A stretch of DNA of 64,000 nt from Eledone cirrhosa. Taxonomy: Eukaryota. The stretch spans positions 15,810,001 to 15,874,000 of the forward strand of contig OZ024750.1 of assembly GCA_964016885.1 (NCBI GenBank). Reading direction: 5' to 3'. Position numbers and translations under genes: made by a program. Every line of letters begins with the position of its first letter. The stretch's first letter is position 1. Of this stretch, positions 12,801 to 25,500 are shown piece after piece. The notes below the pieces were generated by a model that saw nothing but the letters and a program-made list of their open reading frames with translations, made no database searches and was not told the DNA's origin.

Positions 12801-13667
12801 TCACCCGTAACTTGAATGTTCAACAAAAAATAATCAATAAAACAAGATAAAGCTTCTAAAAAAAGAATTACTGGTGTCGATATGATCGACTAGGTCAATG
12901 ATTGAAACAAGTAAATGAGCAAACGAGTGTACGCTGTATTGTTAACATATTATTTATTTAAAGGGCAGTGGATTGGCATTATCGGTAGAGGGTCGGACGC
13001 CATGCTTTGCAGCATAGTTACGTCAATTTACAGACTGATATCAAATCCCGCCGAGGTTAACTTTGCCTTTCATCCTTACGGGGTCGATAAAATAAAGTAC
13101 CAGTAATACACTGAAGGTATTGCTGGCCTTGTGCCAAAAGTAGAAACAATTATTTATTTAAAGGTCGATACTGTGTCAGTCCTGGTTTAGGAAAAGCGGG
13201 TTGCTTTTAGAGAAATAATTTATGATTAATAAGAAACAAAAGCGGAAACAGGTTAAAGTTAAAAATATATCTATTAAACCGTTAGTTAGAAAGAAACACC
13301 ATCAATCCTTGTTGAAGTGTGTATTTGTGTATGTCTCTTCTCGTTGTTGTTTTTTTTTTTCTTCTGAATAATTTTTATTGATTTGTGTCTTCTGTAAATT
13401 ATATAATCGAATTTATAATATAAACTGTGTTTCCATGAACAAGATGTTCTAATTAAATAAGTCAATTAATTAATTAATCAACAGTTTTAAAAATCTATTA
13501 TATGCGCGAAGGTACGTTAATGGGGAAAGTTCGTTAGAAATAAAGTTTTCATACTTTTAGTTAAAATCAATTAAAGTTTTCGTATCAATAAAAGAAGAAC
13601 ATATATAAACATATAAACCGACCTGAATTTCACCGTTTTTGTTTTGTTTTGCTTTCAGGGAGAACAT
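6819..13667 (-). CDS. TK1: Thymidine kinase 1-like protein (divergent), about 256 aa. Exons 13623-13667, 11373-11404, 10817-10900, 10185-10275, 9683-9772, 8325-8444, 6819-7127
   Basis: All introns are GT-AG with an uninterrupted frame: MFSLKAKQNKNGEIQ/VIIGPIFSGKS/TELNLRIQRHKIAQKRCLVIDEAKHSKS/...YDVIAIDDGHC/YDTIVTFCNKMADKGKTMIVAARDSTHLKK/GYTDILTLISLAERVDKLSAICVHCSQNASFT.../...HYEPVCRGCF...KENLKEN...RTKLFSSP*. Colinear with human TK1 as recalled (GQIQVILGPMFSGKSTEL, VIGIDEGQF, GKTVIVAALD, CMEC, YHSVCRLC). Confidence 0.9.
7265..7600 (-). mobile_element. Second Meta-domain SINE family with a distinct 3' part
   Basis: Meta domain followed by tctgctgtgctcaggcctggagagg...ggtgcccctacgact. Copies at 14870-15410, 48045-48352 and 55160-55455. 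Confidence 0.7.
8734..8924. mobile_element. piggyBac-like MITE
   Basis: TTAA flanks and CCCTTTAGCATTTA-type TIRs. Confidence 0.75.
9031..9085 (-). ncRNA. Minimal hammerhead ribozyme motif in TK1-like intron 5
   Basis: Minus strand reads aaatgtta-CTGATGA-tggattgaaaagtcct-GAAAC-ACTAGT-GTC-tggtattt; palindromic stem III and GUC site; stem I is rich in G-U pairs. Confidence 0.5.
11055..11250 (+). mobile_element. RTE LINE 3' end
   Basis: Decayed [27 protein letters not shown] followed by a (GAT)n tail; similar piece at 5790-6010. Confidence 0.7.
11509..11800 (-). mobile_element. RTE/RTE-X-like LINE 3' end
   Basis: RRLRLAGHAHRH...LLWEP.HG..RRGRPRLTYVD...MRDRDRWR. Confidence 0.8.
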
Positions 13668-14010
13668 ATTGATTAGGATATTTAGATTAGAATGGAAGAG
13701 TTGAAATCAAACGAAGCACTGACTTTCAAATTTTTTTAATTAACCGCCGAACGAGAATTGCTTCGCTGACCCATTTCCAAAGTTTGAATTATTGTTTGCT
13801 TCATAAAAATTAATTCCCTAAAATTTTTTCTTTGTTTTTGATTTCTAATTTTATTTCGTTATTTGTAATATTAAAAATAATATCGATATTACGATAATGT
13901 TTAAAATAGTACGTTACTATAATACGAAACTAATGTTGTTTAATAGAGGACAGTAGAATATAAATTGTGTTTGGTTAACAACGTACATTTAGCGCTTCCA
14001 TAGCAACAAA
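13668..14010. promoter_or_regulatory. Putative bidirectional promoter between TK1-like and CCDC96
   Basis: Divergent start codons are 343 bp apart; the interval is free of repeats and richer in CpG than its surroundings. Confidence 0.7.
13994..14007. promoter_or_regulatory. RFX X-box immediately upstream of the CCDC96 ATG
   Basis: GCTTCCATAGCAAC fits the X-box pattern RYYNYY-N(1-3)-RRNRAC, typical of ciliary gene promoters; it ends 3 nt before the ATG. Confidence 0.65.
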
Positions 14011-14385
14011 ATGGCAGACGAGGTAACCTTATTTAAAATACTGAAATGGATTCGAGTATATATACAGGGGCAGTGGAAGCATTTCTGTAATGGTCAATTT
14101 AGTTGTAGTGATTAGTTTAGCTGTTATTATCAAATATCAACCAAGATATAAAAAAAAAATTGATATGCGATAAACATAACATGTGCATAAATTGTAACGC
14201 ATATACAAATAGATGTATTTTTTTGATAGTTTGGGGAGAAAAATATAATTATTGGTTCCACCGCCCTTGATATATATAGATATATGTGTGTGAGTGTGTC
14301 GAAACGGTTTAATCTTAATCGTCGGAATTCTATCCTATAATAATAATAATAATTTCTTTATTTATTGATTGTATATTTTTTTTAT

Positions 14386-14461
<76 letters not shown>

Positions 14462-17400
14462 AATATTTTCTAAGCCACATGTCTTCACTAGTTTTCGTCA
14501 TCATCTTTTAACGTCCATCTTCAATGCTAGCATGGGCTGGACAGGTTTGTCTCACTTGAGGCAAGATTGGTTGGGTGACTGTGTCTCGCTCGTATAGAAT
14601 TGCTTCTGGCAGGTTTTCTACGCCTGGATGCCCTTCTTAATGCCAACCACATGTACAGTGTGGACTGGGTGCTTTTTGTCGTGTCACCTACATGACCACT
14701 TTACAGTGTGGACTGGATGTTCTGTGGTACGAACATAACTTTACAGAGTAAGGGTAGTATATAGGCGGCGAATTGGCAGAGTTGTTAAGACGTCGGATAG
14801 AATCCTTTACAGTATTCGTCCCACACCATATGATAGTGCCTCTATGACTCCACAAGGAGTTAGGGAAAGGGTAGTATGGTATGGACCCATACCTTCTGAG
14901 GGAGTCGGAGGGGCACCATATTGACAAGCAGTGTTTCTTAAGGCATTGTTAAACCTGGTGGAGCCTATGCCCCTCTCTCCAGGCCTGAGTACAGCAGATT
15001 TCTTCCAGAGTAGGATAGAGAGTGAGAGAAATGAAGTGAGGAAGAGATGGAGGAACACCAAGCCTTAATTTTTTTTTTTAACAGCCTTGAATGGATGAAA
15101 ATGATGGTATGGTATGGTATGGTCCCGTAACTCCTGATATACTCGTCGGGGCACCATATTGACACATGGCATTTCTTGGATATTTTAAGCCTGGCGGAGC
15201 CCATCGCTCTCCAGGCCTGAGCACAGCAGATTTCTTCCAGAGAGAGTAAGAATCGACCCCAGTATTAGACTGGTACTTTTTTTCATCAACCTCGAAAGGA
15301 TGAAAGGCAAAGTTGACCTCGGCTGGATTTGAACTCAGAGAGCAGAGAACCAAAAAGAATACTGCTGACCACTCTACCTGACATTCTAACGACTCTGTCA
15401 ATTCGCCACCTGTTAAGTAAGGATAGAGAGGGACAAATAGGCAGTGTCTCTGGGGTATCGGAATTACCTTAATTCAAATATTTGTTCATTTCAACAAAAA
15501 TTAAAAAAAATTGTATATATTTTGTTTATATATTTTTAGATAAAAGACAGTAAAGGGGGTTCTGAGCGAGACCTAGCCAATGAAGAAAATGGAGAAAATA
15601 CAGACCCTAACAAAAATGCAAGTGGAGAGAATATTCAGTCAGTGACTTCAAATACAGGTGAATAATGCTATTGTTATTTTTACCTTAACATTTTAGTCTA
15701 AGGAAGAAAGATGATGGTATGAGGGTGGTGGCTGTGGTGATAATGGTGGTGGTGTTGATGATTATGGTGATGATAATGGTGGTGGTGATGATGATGGTGG
15801 TGGTGTTGATGGCTATGGTGATGATAATGGTGGTGTTGATGATAATGGTGGTGGTGATGGTGGTGGTGTTGATGACTATGGTGATGATGATGGTGGTGGT
15901 GTTGATGGCTATGGTGATGATGATGGTGGTGGTGTTGATGATAATGGTGGTGGTGGTGGTGGTGTTGATGACTATGGTGACGGTGGCGGTGGTGTTGATG
16001 ATGATGGTGGTGGTGATGATGATGGTGGTGGTGTTGATTATGGTGGTGTTGGTAATTATGGTGATGATGGTGGTGGTGTCCATGATTAGGGCGGTGATAA
16101 TGGGGGTGGTGTTGATGATTATGGTGATGATGATGATGGTGGTGTTGATGGCTATGATGATGGTGGTGTTGATTATGATGATGAGAAATGAGAGTGTCGG
16201 TGTTGATGGTGTCATAATGATAGTGGTGGTAGTGGCGGCGGGGATGATAATAATTGTGATGATGATCATCATCATCATTTTACGTCCGCTTTTCCCTGCT
16301 TGCAAGGGTGGGACGGGTCTTATTCAGCACAACATCTCTCCATTTGTCACGGTCCTTTGTCATCTCCACCGTGAGCTTCAGCGATCTGAGGTCTGTTCTC
16401 ACCACCTCCGCCCATGTTTTTCGTGGTCTACCTCTACCACGTCTTCCTTCAACTGGCACTTCTTCACCCATTAGTCATCCTCCATGCGCATCACATGTCC
16501 ATACCACCGCAGTCTCCTCTCTTGCACACTACATTCTATCCCTCTCAGACACAGTTTCTCTCTCAACACATCATACTGGGTCGTTCACGCACATTGACAT
16601 TGCACATCCAACGGAGCATGCTTGCTTCATTTCTCTCCAGCCGCCGCATATCTTCTGCAGTTGCTGCCCAAGTCTCACTGCCATGCAGCATCGCGCTCCT
16701 CACACAGGCATCATATAACTGGCCTTTCATACGCAGGAAGAAACCTTTCTTCATCAGCAGAGGAAGCAGCTCCCTAAACTTCTTCCAACCCGTCCTTATT
16801 CTAGATACTATGGCCTTGGAACACCCCTCTCCCATGCTAATCTGATCTCCTAGGTACCGGAAGCTATCCACCACTTCTATAGCACCCACCTGCATTTGAA
16901 AAATGTGTCTATCAATGTGACTTCTACTGTCTAATTTCCCTGTATCTCTACTACATACGTATTTCTCCCTACCTGTTAGTTTGCCTGCTATCCCACTACA
17001 TCTCTTGTGTACCCAGGATCTGCATTGTGTGCATTTTATAGAATTTATGCCAGTTCCTTTTCTGTATATCGAACATGGCCATTTCCCTGACGGAATCAGG
17101 GTTTTGTCCTCTTTTCTACTCATCAACACTTTTGTCTTAGCTAGGTTCAATCTCAGTCCTCTTGATTCCAACTGCTGTTTCCATAGCCAGAATTTATTCT
17201 CTAGCTCCTCTACTGATTCTGCTATAAGAACCAGATCGTCAGCATAGAGAAGTTCCCATGGACAACCAGTCTTAAACTCCTCTGTTATGGCTTGGAGGAC
17301 TATAATGAACAAGAGCGGGCTGAGGACCGAACCTTGATGTACACCTACTTGTATCTGGAATTCCTCACTAAACTCCATTCCTACCCTGACTTTACTGACA

Positions 17401-20400
17401 ACACCTCTGTACAAAGTTTGCACTGTCCTCACAAGCCATTCCTCAACACCTAGTTTCCTTATGGATCACCAGATGACAGATCGGGGTACCCTATCAAAGG
17501 CCTTTTCTAGGTCAACAAAGGCTAAGTATAGTGGCTTATTCTTCTCTAAGAACCTCTCTTGTAATTGTCTCACCAAGAATAGGGCATCTGTTGTACTTTT
17601 CCCAGGCACAAAACCAAACTGCATCTCATCTAGTTTGACCCTTTCTCTAATTAGTTGTGCTAATATCCTTTCTGCCACTTTCATAACCTGATCCATCAGT
17701 TTTATAGCCCCATAATTGCTCCTCTCCAGCGAATCCCCTTTACCTTTGTAGCAATTTATGAGAATGCTGCTGCACCAGTCTTTGGGTATGACACCACCAT
17801 ATATAGCCTGATTGATGATGCGTGCAACCAGTTTAGTGCCTACGTCCCCTGATGCCTTCAGCATCTCAGCAACTATGATGATGATGTATTTTTTTTTCTA
17901 TTTTTACTTAATTCAGTTACCATGGAGACAAACCCTAATGACACCGAAGCAACAAACGAAACGGTTTCCGAAGATGTTGGCAGAAATGGAAACATAGCTG
18001 CTGATGGTGGAGATGGTGGAGATAATGGTCAAGGTATCAATGATGATGGTGCTGGTACTGAATCTGGTGCTGGTCTTGGTGCTGGTACTGAATCTGATGC
18101 TGGTCTTGGTGCTGGTACTGAATCTGATGCTGGTATTGGTCCTGGTCTTGGTGCTGGTACTGGATCTGATGCTGGTCTTGGTGCTGGTGCTGGTACTGAA
18201 TCTGATCCTGGTCTTGGTGCTGGTGCTGAATCTGATGCTGGTCTTGGTGCTGGTGCTGGTACTGAATCTGATGCTGGTCTTGGTGCTGGTACTGAATCTG
18301 GTGCTGGTCTTGGTGCTGGTACTGAATCTGATGCTGGTCTTGGTGCTGGTACTGAATCTGGTGCTGGTCTTGGTGCTGGTACTGAATCTGATGCTGGTCT
18401 TGGTGCTGGTACTGAATCTGGTGCTGGTCTTGGTCCTGGTCTTGGTGCTGGTACTGGATCTGATGCTGGTCTTGGTGCTGGTGCTGGTACTGAATCTGGT
18501 GCTGGTCTTGGTGCTGGTACTGAATCTGATGCTGGTCTTGGTGCTGGTACTGAATCTGGTGCTGGTCTTGGTCCTGGTCTTGGTGCTGGTACTGGATCTG
18601 ATGCTGGTCTTGGTGCTGGTGCTGGTACTGAATCTGGTGCTGGTCTTGGTGCTGGTACTGAATCTGGTGCTGGTCTTGGTCCTGGTCTTGGTGCTGGTAC
18701 TGGATCTGATGCTGGTCTTGGTGCTGGTACTGGATCTGATGCTGGTCTTGGTGCTGGTACTGAATCTGGTGCTGGTCTTGGTCCTGGTCTTGGTGCTGGT
18801 ACTGGATCTGATGCTGGTCTTGGTGCTGGTACTGAATCTGATGCTGGTCTTGGTGCTGGTACTGAATCTGGTGCTGGTCTTGGTCCTGGTCTTGGTGCTG
18901 GTACTGGATCTGATGCTGGTCTTGGTGCTGGTACTGGATCTGATGCTGGTCTTGGTGCTGTTACTGAATCTGGTGCTGGTCTTGGTGCTGGTACTGATGC
19001 TGGTCTTGGTGCTGGTACTGAATCTGGTGCTGGTCTTGGTCCTGGTCTTGGTGCTGGTACTGGATCTGATGCTGGTCTTGGTGCTGGTACTGGATCTGAT
19101 GCTGGTCTTGGTGCTGGTACTGAATCTGGTGCTGGTCTTGGTCCTGATGCTGGTCCTGGTACTGCTGCTGATGCTGGTCTAGGTCTTGGTGATGATGCTG
19201 GTCTTGGTCCTGATGCTGATGCTGGTACTGGTCTTGGTGATGATGCTGGTCTTGGTGCTGAATCTGATGCTGGTGCTGGTCTTGGTGCTGATGCTGGTGC
19301 TGGTATTGATGCTGGTACTGGTCTTGGTCTTGATGCTGGTCTTGGTCCTGATGCTGATGCTGGTACTGGTGCTGATGCTGGTCTTGGTGTTGGTGTTGAT
19401 GCTGATGCTGGTCTTGGTGCTGATGCTAGTCTAGGTCTTGGTGCTAATGCTGGTACTGGTGCTGATGCTGGTCTTGGTGTTGGTGTTGATGCTGATGCTG
19501 GTCTTGATGCTGATGCTAGTCTAGGTCTTGGTGCTGATGCTGGTGCTGGTGCTGATGCTGGTGCTGGTGTTGATGCTGGTGCTGATGCTGGTGCTGGTGC
19601 TGATGTTGGTGCTGGTGCTGATGTTGATGCTGGTGTTGATGCTGGTGCTGATGTTGGTGCTGATGTTGATGCTGGTGCTGATGTTGGTGCTGGTGTTGAT
19701 GCTGGTGCTGATGTTGGTGCTGGTGTTGATGCTGGTGCTGATGTTGGTGCTGGTGTTGATGCTGGTGCTGATGTTGGTGCTGGTGTTGATGTTGATGCTG
19801 GTGTTGATGCTGGTGCTGATGTTGGTGCTGGTGTTGGTGCTGGTGCTGATGTTGGTGTTGATGCTGGTGCTGATGTTGGTGCTGGTGTTGATGCTGGTGC
19901 TGATGTTGGTGCTGGTGTTGGTGCTGGTGTTGGTGCTGGTGTTGATGCTGGTGCTGATGCTGGTGTTGGTGTTGGTGCTGGTGTTGGTGTTGATGTTGAT
20001 GTTGGTGTTGGTGTTGGTGCTGGTGTTGGTGTTGATGCTGGTCTTGATGGAAAAGACCAACTTGTCATTGATGATAGAGAAATAAAGGACCAGGAGATGC
20101 TAGCTGACCAGACAGAAAGCAAGGACCAAAGTAAGGAAGAGACCAAGATCAGTCAGTTTGGTAGGGTTGAACCAAAAGACATAGAAATTATTGAAGACCA
20201 AAGTGACATCACTGATGTTAAAGGTAAACAGTGTGTTGTTGTATGTGGAGGGTTGTTTCTTTTTAACCCTTTTAATACCAACTTGCTTCAAACTGCTCAT
20301 GGCTCTAGGATGCAAACCTGTTTCTTTTAACCCTTTAGCATTTAAACTGGCCTTATCCGGTCAGAATTCTCTCAACTCTTTCTGTTCAAACTGGCCGTAA

Positions 20401-20613
20401 TAAAAGGGTTAAATTATATATATGTGATATAATTATATATATGTTATACATATATATATATATCTATATATATATATTATTTCTCATTCTTTCTTCTGAT
20501 GACGGACTAGCATCCAAAACTTTAAGACCCTCTTCCTACTATTTCAAGCATTAACCTAATATATTCCTTCCATATACTGTTCCAATTGTGTTTTTTTTTT
20601 TCTGTTTACCTTT

Positions 20614-20695
<82 letters not shown>

Positions 20696-20738
20696 CATAT
20701 ATATATATATACATACATATATATATATATACATACAC

Positions 20739-20771
<33 letters not shown>

Positions 20772-20798
20772 CATACATATATATATATATACATACAC

Positions 20799-20870
<72 letters not shown>

Positions 20871-22493
20871 AGATCAAAAGATGGTTAAAGGAGTTCCATG
20901 TATTTTATTATGCGCATTTCAAAAACAAACATCATCATGCAATAATATCTGTGCCTTCATCAGATAAAACAGGAGAACATGACATGAAGGCCAAAAAACA
21001 CCTGCGGATAGTGCAGCCCCAAATCAACATATATATATATATATATATATCAACATATATATATATATATATATACAGAGCAAAAAAGTATGCTTTACAT
21101 TTCTGAGAAAACAACAACAAATTTTTGAATATGTATATTTACTGGCTGACATCTTGTTTCAGAAGCCGAAAAATTAATTTATACATTGAGTAAATAATTT
21201 TTCAAATCAATATGTTTATTTCTTAATTTTTGGCTCTGATGAGGAGAGCACTGAATATTGTATTGGTTTTCACTGTATGTTTATAGATTTTAGGATCGGT
21301 AATCACTTACTCAATGTGTAAATTAATTTTTCAGCTTCTGAAACAAGTTGTCAGCCAGTAAATATACATTTAAAAGAATTTGTTGTTGTTTTCTCAGACA
21401 TGTAATACATGCTTTTTTGATCTGCATATAATAATTGTGCTAGACGTAATTTCTATGAATTACTCACTTTTGCTGCATGTCTTGCAAACTATACACATCG
21501 AGCACACTAATCCTCTCTCTACTGGCTTGTAATTTTCTTAACTAATCACTCCCCTCTCCTCTTTGACTAGTTTGCCTACTTAATATTTGATATATATATC
21601 ATCATCATCATCCTCATCATCATCATCATCATTTTACGTCCGCTGTTCCCTGCTTGCAAGGGTGGGACGGGTCCTATTCAGCACAACATCTCTCTACTTG
21701 TCACGGTCCTTTGTCATCTCCACTGTGAGCTTCAGCGATCTGAGGTCTGCTCTCACCAACTCCGCCCAAGTTTTTCGTGGTCTTCCTCTACTACGTCTTC
21801 CTTCAACTGGCATTTCTTGGCACTTCTTCACCCATCGGTCATCCTCCATGTGCATCACATGTCCATACCATCGCAGTCTCCTTATATTATATGAATTATA
21901 TTATATGAATTATATTATATGTATTATATTATATATATTATATTATATATATTATATTATATATATTATATTATATATATTATATTATATATATTATATT
22001 ATATATATTATATTATATTATATATATTATATTATATATATTATATTATATATATTATATTATATATATTATATTATATATATTATATTATATATATTAT
22101 ATTATATTATGTGTATTATATTATATGTATTATATTATATATATTATATTATATATATTATATTATATATATTATATTATATATATTATATTATATATAT
22201 TATATTATATATATTATATTATATATATTATATTATATATATTATATTATATATATTATATTATATTATGTGTATTATATTATATGTATTATAGGCCAGT
22301 GGATTGGCAGTATCGGTAGAGGGTCGGACGCCATGCTTTGACGCATAGAGTTACCGCCTTTGCCATTCTGAGTTCAAATCCCGCCGAAGTTAACTTTGCC
22401 TTTCATCCTTATGGGGTCGATAAAATAAAGTACCAGTAATACACTGGGTTATTGCTGGCCTTGTGCCAAAAGTAGAAACAATTATATTATATA

Positions 22494-22534
<41 letters not shown>

Positions 22535-25500
22535 AAACGATTTAAAAATTATAGGCAGTGTCTTTCATTAGAAAAATGGTTTAAAAGGTTTAACTTGACA
22601 CAAATGTTTTCTTCAACAGAAGAGGAAAATATGAAAGATGCGCCTCTTTTAGAAGATGTTCCTTCAAAATTGTTTCCAGAAAGACTAACAGAAGTACCTG
22701 AGACCCATTTTCAAGATGAACAGATGGAAGAAGGGCAGGAATATAAGCCTGAAGAGAAAACCTTTGAAAGTTACCCAGTACAAGATAGTGAAGGGGTCCC
22801 AGATGAAATGGTATTATAAATACCTTTAGTTTATTTGACTGATTGTTACTGTTTGGTCAGTAGAGAAGGCTGAAAAGAATAGAAATAAAAAAATTCTTTG
22901 GTGGATGAATGGCGTATCACTGTTTGATAGATAGATAGATAGATGAGGAATAGAACCAGTGATGAATGTTGTGAAGAGAAATAGAATTTGATGGCTGAGT
23001 CATGTGTTGAGGTAGGAGGAAAGTGATTGGGTGAGAGGAGTGATGGTAATGGATGTAGAGGAAGGGGGAGACTGAGAAAAACATGGCTGAAGATGATGGA
23101 GGAGGAAAGGAAATCTAAGAGCTTATGGTGGTGATGGTGTGGGGTGTGTTCAGCTGATAGGGCTGTCACTAGCAGGGAAAATGGCCTTAACCCTTTAGCA
23201 TTTACATTACTCTATATATATTATTGTATTTTCGCAGTAAAGACATTATCTTACATAATATCAAATTTATGAGATTTTGATATTATTTATTTTGAGAACA
23301 ATACCTTAACATCAGTATGAGTGGCTGGTTACGGCTGTTTTGAACAGAAAGAAATGAGAGAATTCTGGCCGGATACGACTGGTTTAAATGCTAAAGGGTT
23401 AAAACACTTTTTGTTGTGTTTAGTCAACCATTTATATTAAATTATTACTCATCACTATATTTCTAACTAGCAGAAGCACCACACTCTGGGTGGTTTTCTA
23501 CTGAGTCCATAAAAGCATAGTGGAAGGTTTTTAGATAAATATAAACACCACAAAACACAGTTTTGTGGTGTAGAACCAAAGGGTGGTTTCAGCTAGTTTG
23601 CTATGGAAAGGGTTAAATTATAAATGTGAAATTTTCCTTTGAATATTATATGTCTGTGCCTCTTCTTTCTTTTCTAGAAGCCATTGGAGGACATTACTGA
23701 TGTCCTGTTACAGCTTGATGACAACTTTCAACCTGTACTGGAAATTGGAGACACACCTATTGCTTGTGGTAATGTGTATCATTGTCTTTGTCAATGTTGT
23801 TGCTGTTGTTGCTGTTATTGTCGTTGCTGTTATTGTCGTTGGTGGTAGTGTTGTTGTTGTTGTTGTTGTTGTTGTTGTCGTCGTCGTCGTCGTCGGCGGC
23901 GGCGGCGATATTGGTGTTGTTGTTGGTAGTGGTAGTGTTGGCGTTGTTGTTGTTGTTGTTGGTGTTGGTGGTAATGGTGTTGTTGTTGTTGGTGGTATTG
24001 GTTTTATTGTTTTGTTATTGGTGGTGGTAGTGTTGTTGTTGTTGTTGGTGTTGGGGGGGGGGGGGGGGCTGATGTTGCTGTTGATAGTGGTGTTGGTGTT
24101 GTTGTTGGTGGTGGTGGTGGTGATGTTGGTATTGTTGTTTGAGGTGGTGTTGCTGTTGATGGTGGTGGTGTTGACGGTGGTGGTGTTGATGTTGATGGTG
24201 GTGGTATTGTTTGGAGTGGTGTTGGTGTTTTTGTTGCTGTTGTTCAGATAATATGTGTAATACAAACATGGTAAAGTGGTTAAGAAGTTTGTTTTATATT
24301 CATGAGGTCCTCCCCAGTGCTATTCCACTGCACAACGCTCTCGCCAAGTATCTTCTATAATAGCCTTAGGTTAATCAGTGCCTTATGAAAGGAATTTGGT
24401 TAATGGAAACTATATATCACACGCACACATATATATATCATCCACACTAGCATGTGTTAGACAAGTTGTCCCTTTGTGTTACAAGCCAGATCAGGTAACC
24501 ATGTCTTGCTCATACAAAATCTGATTCTGGCTTGGTTTCTATGACTGGATACCCTTCCTAATGCCAACCACATTTACAGTGTGTACTGGGTGTTTTTTTG
24601 TTGACATCTACGTGACCACTTTACAGTGTGAGCTGGGCACTTTTTATCATGTCACCAAAATGACCACTTTACAGTGTGGGCTAGGTGTTTTTTGTCATAG
24701 CACCAAAATGACCACTTTACAGTGTGGGCTAGGTGCTTTTTGTCATAGCACCAAAATGACCACTTTACAGTGTGGGCTAGGTGCTTTTTGTCATAGCACC
24801 AAAATGACCACTTTACAGTGTGGGCTAGGTGCTTTTTGTCATGGCACCAAAATGACCACTTTACAGTGTGAGCTGGGCACTTTTTGTCATGGCACCAAAA
24901 TGACCACTTTACAGTGTGGGCTAGGTGCTTTTTGTCATGGCACCAAAATGACCACTTTACAGTGTGAGCTGGGCACTTTTTGTCATGGCACCAAAATGAC
25001 CACTTTACAGTGTGGGCTAGGTGCTTTTTGTCATGGCACCAAAATGACCACTTTACAGTGTGGGCTAGGTGCTTTTTGTCATGGCACCAAAATGACCACT
25101 TTACAGTGTGGATGGTGGGCTTGGGGGAGGGGGCATGCAAATTGGGAAGGTAGATCTAGGGGCATGAGTGGGGGTTTTAGGATGTGGGTGGAGAGTTAGG
25201 ACATGGGAGGTGTATGGAAGGGGTGATGGAGGGGAAGTTGGTGCATACTAGATGTATGCTTCAACCTGTGCACATGAGGAAGCAGATCTTCTATATTACT
25301 GCATAATGCCAGAAATCACAGTCCTGTGTTTCCTGTGAGAGGTGGAATTATACAAGGTCAGCTTTTATCACCTTATCCCAAGTCTTCCTAGGTTTTCTTT
25401 CTCCATAGCTTCCATCAATTTTGAATGATCTACACCTATGTATAACACCTAAACGGCACAGCCACACATACACTTCTGTGTTACCTGTTAACCACACCGC

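Noticed and set aside
18004-20146. Alternative-frame ORFs (poly-LV on +, Pro/Ala-rich 705 aa on -)
   Set aside because: Shadow frames of the GNT repeat; only the 17922 frame joins flanking exons in phase.
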